This document shows positions 45,532 to 54,843 of a stretch of DNA of 64,000 nucleotides, piece by piece. Made by a program: the position numbers and the translations under genes. The notes beneath the pieces were generated by a model. It made no database searches and was not told where the DNA came from. It was given only the letters and a program-made list of their open reading frames with translations. Origin of the DNA: an uncultured Chloroflexia bacterium (GTDB lineage Bacteria; Chloroflexota; Chloroflexia; Thermomicrobiales; UBA6265); the NCBI GenBank assembly GCA_963741795.1, contig CAVUJM010000036.1, forward strand, positions 20,994-84,993, read 5' to 3'. The first letter of the stretch is position 1. Every line of letters begins with the position of its first letter.

Positions 45532-46407
45532 CTACTTCAGCGCGCCAGAGGTCAGCCCCGCGATGAATTGCTTCGACGCCATCAGGTACACCGCGATCAC
45601 CGGAAGGATCGAGATGCTGAGCGCCGCGAACATGAGTGCCCAATCGTTTGTGTACTCGCCAAAGAACGTGCTCACGCCGAGCGGCACCGTCCGCAGGTTC
45701 TCCGAACGGATAAAGATCAGCGGGAAGAAGAAGTCGTTCCAGACGTTCAGGAAGTGGAACAACCCGACCGTCGCCAGCGCCGGGCGCACGAGCGGCAGCA
45801 TGATCTGGTAATAGACCTGGAACGGCCCCGCCCCATCGAGGATCGCCGCGTCCTCCAGATCCCTCGGCACGTGCCGGAAGAAGTTCACCATCAGGAAGAT
45901 CGTGAAGGGCATGCCGCCGGCGATGTAGACGAGGATCAGCGACCACAGCGTGTCCAGCAGGTGCAACTGGCGCATCATGACGAAGAGCGGCACGATCGCC
46001 AGCCGCACCGGGATCATGAACCCGGCAAGGAACAGCAGGTAGACCGCCCGGTTCCCCGGGAACGAGAACCGCGCGAGGACGAACGCCGCCATCGACCCGA
46101 ACCAAAGGATCAGGAAGACCGAGACGAGCCCAACGAAGATGCTATTGCGGAAGTACGTCCCGAAGTTCGCCTGGTTCCATGCGTCGACGTAGTTGATGAA
46201 GCGGGCCGCCTCCGGGATCAACTGCAGCGGGTTCGCGAAGATCTCCCCGGTCGTCTTCAGCGACGAGGCGATCATGATCAGCAGCGGGTAGACGACGATC
46301 AGGCCGTACGCGATCAGGACGATCTGGATGAGGCCGTTCGCAAGAAAACTCCCTATCCCTCGCCGCGCGTGCACTACCGGCGTGCCGGCATCCTGGCTAG
46401 TACTCAT
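45532..46407 (-). CDS. Carbohydrate ABC transporter permease (MalG-like)
   Basis: The protein has six TM helices and the EAA-loop region DLEDAAILDGAGPFQVYYQIMLPLVRPAL. Confidence 0.9.
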   Translation of the reverse strand: MSTSQDAGTPVVHARRGIGSFLANGLIQIVLIAYGLIVVYPLLIMIASSLKTTGEIFANPLQLIPEAARFINYVDAWNQANFGTYFRNSIFVGLVSVFLILWFGSMAAFVLARFSFPGNRAVYLLFLAGFMIPVRLAIVPLFVMMRQLHLLDTLWSLILVYIAGGMPFTIFLMVNFFRHVPRDLEDAAILDGAGPFQVYYQIMLPLVRPALATVGLFHFLNVWNDFFFPLIFIRSENLRTVPLGVSTFFGEYTNDWALMFAALSISILPVIAVYLMASKQFIAGLTSGALK

Positions 46408-47404
46408 GCGACACCCTTCGCTGGTAGATGATCACGAATACGGACACCGGGAGCACAATCAACAGCATCAGCGTCGCCAACGCGGCCGCGCCACCGAGCC
46501 CGGTGCCTGCGTAGACTCCGCCGACCCCGCCGAACGCCATCCTGTAGAAGAGTGTCCCCAGCACATCGGTCGCGAAGAACGGCCCGCCTTCCGATCCTTC
46601 CATGGCGAAGACCAGCTCGAACGTATTCACCGACGCAATGAACTGCAACACCACCAGCGTGATCAGGGTCGGGAGCAGCAACGGCAGGACGATTGTCCAA
46701 ATGATCCGCAGCTCGCTCGCGCCGTCCAGCCGCGCCGCCTCGGTAAGGTCGGACGGGATACCGAGGATCGCCGCGAGAAAGATCAGGATCGGGAACCCCA
46801 TGTTCGCCCACGCGTTCACCGCCACAATCGACGGCAACGCGAAGTCCGGATCGCCCAGCCACGGACGGGCAAACGAATCCAGACCGACCCCGCGTAGGAC
46901 AGCGTTGACCGCCCCGAACTGGGGGTTCAGCAGCAGGTTCCAAAGGAAACCCACGACCACGACCGAGAGGGTGTTCGGCATGAAGAAGAGCGCCTGGTAG
47001 AACTTCGACCCCGGGATCCGGCGGCTCAGGACAAGCGCGAAGCCGAGCCCCACGAACGTCGACAGGATCGTGCTCAGGATGAACACCTGCGCCGTGTTCC
47101 CCAGCGCGTTCGAGAACTGGTTCTTGATCGGGACGCGGTTGAACAGGTTCGTGTAGTTGTCGATCCCCACGAAATCATCGAGGGGACCGAGCCCGCTCCA
47201 GTTGAAGAAGCTGACATAGATGGTGTTGGCGAACGGCCAGATGATGAACGCCAGGTACATCAACAGCCCCGGCGCCAGCATCAGGAGAAAAGAGTATTTG
47301 CGAATCCCGACGGGGCTTCTCGACGCAGAAGCCACCTCGGCCGTCGCATCAGCCGCATTGCCCGGTCGACGCCAGGAGCGGAGCGTGCGCATGGTCCTCG
47401 TCAC
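46397..47404 (-). CDS. Carbohydrate ABC transporter permease (MalF-like)
   Basis: The EAA-loop is LTEAARLDGASELRIIWTIVLPLLLPTL, and the protein has six TM helices. The gene overlaps the downstream permease by 11 nt. The start is uncertain. Confidence 0.85.
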   Translation of the reverse strand: MTRTMRTLRSWRRPGNAADATAEVASASRSPVGIRKYSFLLMLAPGLLMYLAFIIWPFANTIYVSFFNWSGLGPLDDFVGIDNYTNLFNRVPIKNQFSNALGNTAQVFILSTILSTFVGLGFALVLSRRIPGSKFYQALFFMPNTLSVVVVGFLWNLLLNPQFGAVNAVLRGVGLDSFARPWLGDPDFALPSIVAVNAWANMGFPILIFLAAILGIPSDLTEAARLDGASELRIIWTIVLPLLLPTLITLVVLQFIASVNTFELVFAMEGSEGGPFFATDVLGTLFYRMAFGGVGGVYAGTGLGGAAALATLMLLIVLPVSVFVIIYQRRVSHEY

Positions 47405-47468
47405 CCTGTTTTGGAGATGGGATGGCCGAAGCCGCGCGTGCGGCCCCGGCCATGTCGATTGGCTCTAC

Positions 47469-48806
47469 CTAGTCACCCATGAACGGTTCGTACCACTGCG
47501 ACAGCCCCTCATCGAGCTGCTGCGCCACCTCCTCGGACGACACCTGGTCGCTGAGAAGGCCCTGCATCAGCGGATGCAGCAGCGTCGAGATGCCTGGGTC
47601 GCCCTGGTCGAACGGCGAGCGAATGCGATACAGGTTTTGGATCGCCTTCTCCGAGAACTCGATCTGCTTCTGGAGGTAGGGGTTGTCGCCCGCCTCAACA
47701 CCGGGGATCGACGACATCTCTTGGGTGATGTCGGAGAACGTCTGCCCATACTCCGTCGTGGCGGAGTACTTGACCAGCTCGAGGGCCGCATCCTGCACCT
47801 CGGACGCCGAGTTCACGGCATAGCCGCCGTCAACGAAAACGTAGCTGCGGGTTTCCCCACCCGCCTCGTCCGGCGGGCTCAGGAAGAAGTCGAAATTGAG
47901 GTCCGGCGCCTGCTCGACGTAGGTATTCGCCGCCCAGCCACCGTAGATGACCATGGCGGCCTGGCCAGTCTGGAACGCGGCGTCCATGTCTGGCACGTTG
48001 TTGCCGACGAAGCCGTCCTGGAAGTACGGCTGGAGGCCCTTGATCTTGTCGAGCAGGCTCACGAACTTCTCATCCGTGAAGCGCTTCTCGCCCGAGATCA
48101 GCTGCGCGGCGTAATCATCGCCGAGGTACGTCGCACCGATGCAGTCGACGTAGCCGGAAAGCACCCAGCCTTCGCGCGCCGGCACGAAGATCGGCGTGAC
48201 GTCGGCCTCCTTGAGCGTGTCGCAGATCGAGATGAGGTCGTCCCATGTCTCCGGCGGCGTCAGGCCATGCTCCTCGAAGATATCCGTGTTGTAGTAGAAG
48301 ACCCAGACCTGGCTGGCAAACGGAACCGCGAGCACCTCGCCGTCATAGCTCACCTGGCCGAGCGTCCCTTCGGGGATGTCGGCAAGGCCCGGCACCTTGT
48401 CGGTCAGCGGAACGAACATGTCCGCATCGCCATACGGGCGGAAGTAGCCCTCACCCGCGCGCGTGGTGATGATGTCCGGCCCCTGGCCGCCCTGCATCGC
48501 CGTCGAGACCTTGGTGCCGAACTCGGTCGCGTCGCTGACCTCGACCTCGACCGCCAGCCCCGGCCAAACGTCCTGCAGCGCTTCGGCGGCAGCTTCCCAG
48601 ACCTTGACGTCGTCCTCGCGCCACGACCAGATCGAGACCGTCGCCGGCTCGCGGTCGGAGGGCGTGGACTGGGCGGCAACCGCGGCGGGCAGCTTCCCGC
48701 CGAGGATGGTGGCCGATGCCGAACCGGCGACAGCGCCCTGGACAAGGCGACGGCGCGAAAGCGCGGCCTGCTGCAACCGGGAAAGGACATCCTTCGAATC
48801 GTTCAT
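47469..48806 (-). CDS. Extracellular sugar-binding protein of an ABC transporter, Tat/lipobox-like signal
   Basis: The ATG at 48806 follows AAGGAG. The signal region is SRRRLVQGAVAGSASATILGG. The length and composition are typical of family-1 solute-binding proteins, and the gene lies upstream of two permease genes. Confidence 0.85.
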   Translation of the reverse strand: MNDSKDVLSRLQQAALSRRRLVQGAVAGSASATILGGKLPAAVAAQSTPSDREPATVSIWSWREDDVKVWEAAAEALQDVWPGLAVEVEVSDATEFGTKVSTAMQGGQGPDIITTRAGEGYFRPYGDADMFVPLTDKVPGLADIPEGTLGQVSYDGEVLAVPFASQVWVFYYNTDIFEEHGLTPPETWDDLISICDTLKEADVTPIFVPAREGWVLSGYVDCIGATYLGDDYAAQLISGEKRFTDEKFVSLLDKIKGLQPYFQDGFVGNNVPDMDAAFQTGQAAMVIYGGWAANTYVEQAPDLNFDFFLSPPDEAGGETRSYVFVDGGYAVNSASEVQDAALELVKYSATTEYGQTFSDITQEMSSIPGVEAGDNPYLQKQIEFSEKAIQNLYRIRSPFDQGDPGISTLLHPLMQGLLSDQVSSEEVAQQLDEGLSQWYEPFMGD

Positions 48807-49225
48807 ACCTGTCTCCTTACGTGCATTGCGTGCTGACGTGCTGATCGGAGATGGCCGCGCCACGAGCAAGCGTGCTCCGCGCGCCATAACTGAGGTCCCC
48901 TTCATCAATGTTCCAGATCGCTCACCGACCGGCCTCACCCCCTTTCGGCCTTCCCCAGCCTGGTCCGCTTCACGACGAGGTCACGCGCGTTGCCGCTCCG
49001 CGCCCTGGAGAGCGGAGATACCGTTGCCCGCTGTGGAACCGCTGAACGTCGATGACTGGTGACCGTGAAATCTGGCTGGAGTCGTTTGAAGGCACGCTAC
49101 GGCAGCGCCGCGAGCGTGTCAAGAGGGAGGGCGTGGCCCATCCCTCCTGCGGCCGGCGCATTGTCACGCGTTTGTGACGCCGGGCGTCGCATCTCCGATG
49201 CGTTTGCGACAAGGGCCGGACGACC

Positions 49226-49969
49226 ATGGGAGTGGCAATCCGGCAACCAAGGGAGAGTGTCCAAGTGGAGCGACCCACGAAAGCATCGGTAAGCGGCGAG
49301 GAGAAGTTTCTCAACCGGGAATCCGCCGGCCTCCGGCTGGCTGACGCATTGCGGGATGTCGCGAACGAGTACCCGCTCGTCCTCGGCATCCCGCGCGGAG
49401 GCGTTCCGGTCGCGGCGGAGGTCGCCCGGGAACTGCGCGCCGAGCTGGACGTGATCGTCGCGCGAAAGCTCGGCGCGCCCCGGAACCCGGAGTTGGCGAT
49501 CGGCGCGGTGACGTCCAACGGCGGCTTGTTCATCGATCACGAGGTCGTTCGTGACCTCGGCGTGCAGGACGCCTACCTCGATGAGGTGATCGCGCGAGAA
49601 TCCGCCGTCGCCCACAACCGCGAGGTGCGCTTCCGCGGCGGTCGTCCTGCGCCACGCATCGAGGGGCGTAACGTCATCGTCGTTGACGATGGCCTCGCCA
49701 CCGGGGCGACCATGCGCGCCGCGGTCCGATCGATCCGGAAGCATCATCCATCCCGCCTGACGGTCGCCGTACCGGTCGGCTCCGCGGAGGCGATCGCCTC
49801 GCTCAGTGTTGAAGCGGACGAGGTGATCTGCCCTGTCGTGCCGGAGCCCTTCATCGCCGTGGGCTTGTACTACGAGGCGTTCCTGCCCGTCGAGGACGCA
49901 ACGGTGGAGCGCATTCTGGCGTCGTTTCGCGAGCGAGCCAACTCCCCTTCAGCCCCGGCCGGCACCTGA
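49226..49969 (+). CDS. Phosphoribosyltransferase-family protein
   Basis: The PRPP-binding loop is VIVVDDGLATGATMRAA, with LVLGIPRGGVPVA upstream of it. Confidence 0.8.
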   Translation: MGVAIRQPRESVQVERPTKASVSGEEKFLNRESAGLRLADALRDVANEYPLVLGIPRGGVPVAAEVARELRAELDVIVARKLGAPRNPELAIGAVTSNGGLFIDHEVVRDLGVQDAYLDEVIARESAVAHNREVRFRGGRPAPRIEGRNVIVVDDGLATGATMRAAVRSIRKHHPSRLTVAVPVGSAEAIASLSVEADEVICPVVPEPFIAVGLYYEAFLPVEDATVERILASFRERANSPSAPAGT

Positions 49970-51570
49970 GCTCCGCCACTCCGCCGCGTCTTCCATGCGA
50001 GTCGGAGGCCGTTCAACATGCGCGCAATGAGATAGAGCAGGATTGGCACGGTGAGAAACAGGGCCAGGAATTGGTGCACCTGGAACCGGCTCCACTCCGT
50101 GTTGTAGTGCGCATAGACATACATCGGGTAATACGCGAGCCCGAGGAGCGACGCGACGACGACATACGCGGTGGCCAGCAAGTCTCGGCGCAGCGCGAAC
50201 ATCGCGATCACCGGGATCAGGTACCACGCGTACAGATTCGTCGTGAACAGCAACAACAGGAGCAGCGTTTCGGCGGCGACAATCTCCTCCGACCTCCCCT
50301 TCCAGGCGGCAAGCGCCAGCGCGATCGTCAGGCCGGCGAAGATCTCCATGTAGCCGCGCCGGATCCCATCCGCCGTGTCCTCCGGCAGGATCTCGAACGC
50401 CGGGCGACTGCGGACGAAGATCGGGTCAGGGCGACTCTCCGCGATGTCTTGTTGCACCCATTGCTGCGTGAGCGAGAGGGGCGAGACGTGGTCCATGTGC
50501 TGCGATTGTTCCAGCCCCGCCTCGAACCCGTCCACCATCTTCCCGTCGGACCAATACGGCAGGCTGACCGCCGCCATAGCCGCGACGGCCAGCACGGTTG
50601 TGAGGATGGCCCGCCTCCAGGGCCACCGGTCCCGTAGCGCCACCGCGATGAACAGCGGAGCAAGCGCCGCCGCGTAGAGCTTGACCATGACCGCAAGCGC
50701 CAGCAGCGGCCCGGCCATCATCGAGCGACGCTTGAGCGACACCATCGCCGCCACAATGAACACCGTCATCAGGACATCGTTATGGACGTTGGCGACGCCT
50801 TCGAACAGGATCAGCGGATTCAGGAGGAAGAACACAATCCCCGTCCAGCGTGCCCGAGCGTCGGAGTGCTGCATCGCGATCAGCGCCGCGATGATCCCGA
50901 TCAGCCCAAGGTGGTAGACCTTCAGCGCCAGGAGCGCCTGCAGCAGGTCGCCAAATCCCGTCAGAAGGAGCGGCAGGCCCGAGACGATCAACCATACCGG
51001 GCCGTAGAACAGCGGCAGGTCGATGAGGAACGCTGAGCGAGCGAACGAGTCGTCCTTATACGCCTCGAAGGTGACGAGGTACGGATTCTGGTCGTAGTGG
51101 AAGGCGAGCTTGAGCTCGACCAGGTAGTTGAACACATCCAGCGCCCCGACCGGGTAGAGAAGGACGCTGGCCAGCGCCGCGGCGGAGATCGATACGATCA
51201 GCGCAGTCCGGCGTACAGGCGTGACGGCGCGCATTGACCGCATCGCGGCGAGGACGCCAGCATACGAGACGCCCAGCACGAGAAGGAACGCGAACGCGTG
51301 CCGCAGAACAGGGGAGTCAAACTGCCCGTCTGCCTTCTCGAACGCGAAGAATGGAACATCGACGTAGTCGAGCACGCTCCAGTCCCGGACAAGGAGCCAC
51401 CACGCGGCGACGTTCGTCACGGCCAGACCGATCAGCACGGCGGTCAGGGCGATCCCACGCCATGACGAACGGGGCACACCGATGGCACGTCGCTCGAGAC
51501 GATCCGCAGTGCCCTTCTCCTGTATCACTATTTCGCCGGACACGTTCCGATTCGCCCCTGTCGCTGACAC
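49870..51570 (-). CDS. Polytopic membrane protein, GT-C-type glycosyltransferase-like (DUF2029/GT87-like, tentative)
   Basis: The 566-aa ORF has more than 12 TM helices and short loops. Its 3' end overlaps the convergent phosphoribosyltransferase gene by 100 nt. The family assignment is a guess from topology. Confidence 0.55.
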   Translation of the reverse strand: MSATGANRNVSGEIVIQEKGTADRLERRAIGVPRSSWRGIALTAVLIGLAVTNVAAWWLLVRDWSVLDYVDVPFFAFEKADGQFDSPVLRHAFAFLLVLGVSYAGVLAAMRSMRAVTPVRRTALIVSISAAALASVLLYPVGALDVFNYLVELKLAFHYDQNPYLVTFEAYKDDSFARSAFLIDLPLFYGPVWLIVSGLPLLLTGFGDLLQALLALKVYHLGLIGIIAALIAMQHSDARARWTGIVFFLLNPLILFEGVANVHNDVLMTVFIVAAMVSLKRRSMMAGPLLALAVMVKLYAAALAPLFIAVALRDRWPWRRAILTTVLAVAAMAAVSLPYWSDGKMVDGFEAGLEQSQHMDHVSPLSLTQQWVQQDIAESRPDPIFVRSRPAFEILPEDTADGIRRGYMEIFAGLTIALALAAWKGRSEEIVAAETLLLLLLFTTNLYAWYLIPVIAMFALRRDLLATAYVVVASLLGLAYYPMYVYAHYNTEWSRFQVHQFLALFLTVPILLYLIARMLNGLRLAWKTRRSGGAQVPAGAEGELARSRNDARMRSTVASSTGRNAS

Positions 51571-51640
51571 ACCACATCACCGGCCGATCAGGACCGGCCG
51601 TCCGGCGTCCATGCGCAGCATGCGTACCATCCCCTTTTTG

Positions 51641-51682
51641 CGGGAAAGAAAGAGCCCGGATGCTGACCGGCATCCGGGCTCT
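51641..51682 (-). terminator. Rho-independent terminator of ppdK
   Basis: On the minus strand the structure is AGAGCCCGGATGC-cggtca-GCATCCGGGCTCT followed by TTCTTTCCC. It lies 30 nt after the ppdK stop. Confidence 0.6.
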
Positions 51683-51711
51683 TCTCGGGAGACTCTGGCC
51701 TGGAGGGAGTG

Positions 51712-54363
51712 CTACCAGGCGCTGCCTTCCTCGCGTTTGGTGCTCAGCGCGGCGTGCGCGGCTGAGAGTCGGGCAATCGGTACCCGGTACGGCGAACAGC
51801 TCACGTAGTCCAGCCCCTGTGCCGCGAAGAACGAGATGCTCTCCGGGTCGCCACCGACTTCGCCGCAGACGCCCACGTGCAGCTCGGGCCGGGTCGCGCG
51901 GCCGAGCGTCGTGCCCATCTCCACGAGGCGGCCTACGCCTTCCTGGTCGATGGAGACGAACGGATCTCGCGACAGGATGCCCTGCTGCACGTAGCTGGGC
52001 AGGAAGCGTCCGGAGTCGTCACGGCTCATGCCGAAGGTTGTCTGGGTCAGGTCGTTGGTGCCGAACGAGAAGAAGTCGGCATGCTCGGCGATCTTGTCAG
52101 CCAGGAGGGCCGCCCGCGGCAGCTCGATCATCGTGCCGACGTGGTATTCGATCTCCATGCCCTCTTGCTCGAAGATCTCGCGCGCCGCCGTGTCGACGAT
52201 CTCGCGCTGCATCTCCAGCTCCTTCGGCGAGGACACAAGCGGGATCATGACCTCAGGGAAGGCCTTGCCACCCTCGCGCACCACCCGACAGGCGGCGGTG
52301 AAGATCGCCTTCGCCTGCATCTCGGTGATATGCGGGTATGCGATGCCAAGCCGGCAGCCGCGGAACCCGAGCATCGGGTTCGCCTCGCGGAGCGCGGCCA
52401 CGCGACCACGCAGGAGGTTGACGTCCATGTTGAGCTGCCACGCCAGGTTCGCCTCTTCCGGCGCCGTGTGCGGCAGGAACTCGTGCAGCGGCGGATCCAG
52501 CGTGCGAATTGTGACCGGCTTACCCTGCATCGCCCGGAAGATTCCGACGAAGTCCTCGGTCTGGAGCGGCAAGAGCTTCTCGATCGCGGCGTCGCGATCC
52601 TCCTCGTTGTCGGCGAGGATCATCTCGCGCACGATCTGGATGCGCTCGCCCTGGAAGAACATGTGCTCGGTGCGGCACAGGCCAACGCCCTCGGCGCCCA
52701 GCGAGAATGCGGTCTCCGCATCCTCCGGCGTGTCCGCGTTCGCACGTACGCCCATCGTCCGGAGCTCATCCGCCCAGGCCAGAAGCTCGCCCGTGTCCGC
52801 GCCGGTGTCGGGCTGGATCATGCGCACACGGCCCTTCATCACACGGCCGGTCGAGCCATCGATCGTCACCCATTGGTGCCGGCGGATGATGTCGTCACCG
52901 ACAGAGAAGAACCCGGCGGCCTCATGGATGTCGAGGCTGCCCGCGCCAGCGACACACGGCTTGCCCATGCCGCGCGCGACGACTGCCGCATGCGACGTCG
53001 TGCCGCCGAACGCGGTCACGAAGCCGCGCGCCGCAACCATGCCATGGAAGTCGTCCGGCGAGGTTTCGCGGCGGATGAGGATGACATCCTCCCCCTTCTC
53101 GAACAGCTCGACCGCCTCATCGGCGTCGAAGACGGCCTTGCCGCTCGCCGCGCCCGGGGAGGCCGCGAGTCCGCTGGCCAGCACGTCGACCTTCGCCTCA
53201 GGATCGATCATCGGGTGGAGCAGCTGGTCGAGCTGCTCAGGGGCAACACGCTTCACGGCTGTCACGTGGTCGATCAGGCCCTCGTTCGCCATATCGACGG
53301 CGATCTTTACGGCCGCCCGGCCAGTGCGCTTCGCGGTGCGGGTCTGCAGCATCCATAGCTTGCCGCGCTCGATCGTGAACTCCACATCCTGCGCGTCCGT
53401 GTAGTGCTGCTCAAGCGTTTGGCCGACTCCGAGCAACTCGCGGTACGCCGGCCGCAGGACCTCGTCCTCCTCGAGAAGCTCGATATGGATCGGGGTGCGG
53501 ATGCCGGAGACGACGTCCTCGCCCTGCGCCTTCGGCAGGTACTCGCCGACCAGCTTGTTTTCGCCGGTCGCCGGGTCGCGCGTGAAGGCGACGCCCGTCG
53601 CGGAGTTGTCCCCGAGATTGCCGTAGACCATCGCCTGCACGTTCACGCCCGTGCCGAGGTCCACCGGCAGGCGGTACTGCTTGCGGTAGTTGATCGCGCG
53701 CTGGGTGTTCCAGGAGCGGAACACGGCCTCGATCGAGCCCTTGAGCTGATCCCACGGATCCTCCGGGAAGTCTCGCCCGGTATCCTCGCGGATGATCGCC
53801 TTGTAGTCCCGCACGACCTCTTTCAGCGCCTCGACATCGAGACCGGTGTCGTACTCGACGCCGCGTCGCTTCTTGTGGTCGCTCAGGGTGTTCTCAAACT
53901 TGTCGGCCGGAACCTCCATCACGACCTTGCCGTACATCTGGATGAGGCGGCGGTAGGAATCCCATGCGAATCGCGGGTCACCGGACTCCTTCTCAAGGCC
54001 TTTGACGGTCGTGTCGTTAAGGCCAAGATTCAGGACCGTTTCCATCATGCCAGGCATCGAGATGGCCGCCCCGGAGCGGACCGACAGCAGCAACGGGTGC
54101 TCGGAAGCAGCAAAGGTGTATCCCATCTCCTGCTCAACCGCGCGCAATCCCTCGCGAACGTCGTCCCACATGCCCTCCGGGGCTGTGAGTCCGGCGCCGA
54201 AGTATGCCTTGCAGGCTTCGGTGGTCACGACGAAGCCCGGAGGAATCGGCAGACCCAGGCGGGTCATCTCGGCGAGGTTCGCACCCTTGTTTCCTAGTAG
54301 CGTTTTTTGGGTGGCATCTCCGTCCCGGAAAAGCCGGACCCACTGAAGCATCGTCTGCATCAC
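51712..54363 (-). CDS. ppdK: Pyruvate, phosphate dikinase
   Basis: The product is 883 aa. The N-terminus is LLGNKGANLAEMTRLGLPIPPGFVVTTEAC. The phosphohistidine block is GGTTSHAAVVARGMGKPCV. The C-terminal PEP-utilising TIM-barrel blocks are GLCRTEHMF and FFSFGTNDLTQ. Confidence 0.95.
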   Translation of the reverse strand: MMQTMLQWVRLFRDGDATQKTLLGNKGANLAEMTRLGLPIPPGFVVTTEACKAYFGAGLTAPEGMWDDVREGLRAVEQEMGYTFAASEHPLLLSVRSGAAISMPGMMETVLNLGLNDTTVKGLEKESGDPRFAWDSYRRLIQMYGKVVMEVPADKFENTLSDHKKRRGVEYDTGLDVEALKEVVRDYKAIIREDTGRDFPEDPWDQLKGSIEAVFRSWNTQRAINYRKQYRLPVDLGTGVNVQAMVYGNLGDNSATGVAFTRDPATGENKLVGEYLPKAQGEDVVSGIRTPIHIELLEEDEVLRPAYRELLGVGQTLEQHYTDAQDVEFTIERGKLWMLQTRTAKRTGRAAVKIAVDMANEGLIDHVTAVKRVAPEQLDQLLHPMIDPEAKVDVLASGLAASPGAASGKAVFDADEAVELFEKGEDVILIRRETSPDDFHGMVAARGFVTAFGGTTSHAAVVARGMGKPCVAGAGSLDIHEAAGFFSVGDDIIRRHQWVTIDGSTGRVMKGRVRMIQPDTGADTGELLAWADELRTMGVRANADTPEDAETAFSLGAEGVGLCRTEHMFFQGERIQIVREMILADNEEDRDAAIEKLLPLQTEDFVGIFRAMQGKPVTIRTLDPPLHEFLPHTAPEEANLAWQLNMDVNLLRGRVAALREANPMLGFRGCRLGIAYPHITEMQAKAIFTAACRVVREGGKAFPEVMIPLVSSPKELEMQREIVDTAAREIFEQEGMEIEYHVGTMIELPRAALLADKIAEHADFFSFGTNDLTQTTFGMSRDDSGRFLPSYVQQGILSRDPFVSIDQEGVGRLVEMGTTLGRATRPELHVGVCGEVGGDPESISFFAAQGLDYVSCSPYRVPIARLSAAHAALSTKREEGSAW

Positions 54364-54843
54364 GCACTCCCTTCGGCCGTTGGCCGTACCCGGGACAACA
54401 TTGTCCCGCGTGTCGTGGCCTTGCCCTGTCGGTGAACACCGCGCTGGCGTCCGGGATGGCCTTCCGGCCGGGGCGTCTTATGCAGTCTTCAGTGGTCGGC
54501 AAGGTCCGTGAGGAACAGATGAACGTCCTTGCCGCACACGTTCCAGCGTCAGCACAGGTTTCAGCGTGAGGACCTTCCCTCTGCTTCCTGCCTTGCTGAA
54601 TGTGCGTTGCTTATCGTTCATTGCACTATCCCTTCGAGATAAGTGTATGCAATCGACACATCCGGATTCAATGCACTTTCTGAGGGAATTTCCTCCATTT
54701 TTCGGGCTTTTTGGCCACCCCTCGGGGTAGGCACCGGGAGGGGACAAAACATCCATGAGTGCCACTCCACCCCTTGCCGCGGTGCCGGACCGCTGATACC
54801 GTGACCGGCATCGGACCAGCGTCTCTCAACACGCGGAGGACAC

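Noticed and set aside
44621-46105. 494-aa minus-strand ORF spanning the peroxiredoxin gene and part of the permease gene
   Set aside because: The translation is Arg/Gly/Pro-rich with no motifs. It lies antisense to a clear 1-Cys peroxiredoxin and out of frame with a clear ABC permease. This is a typical shadow ORF of GC-rich DNA.
47220-48836. 538-aa plus-strand ORF
   Set aside because: It is antisense to the well-supported solute-binding protein and permease genes. Its composition is dominated by R/L/D/V/E and shows no recognisable domain.
51877-54297. Several 300-490-aa plus-strand ORFs (51877..53358, 52028..53404, 53404..54297, 51234..52250)
   Set aside because: All are antisense shadows of ppdK, whose 883-aa translation matches PPDK motifs end to end.
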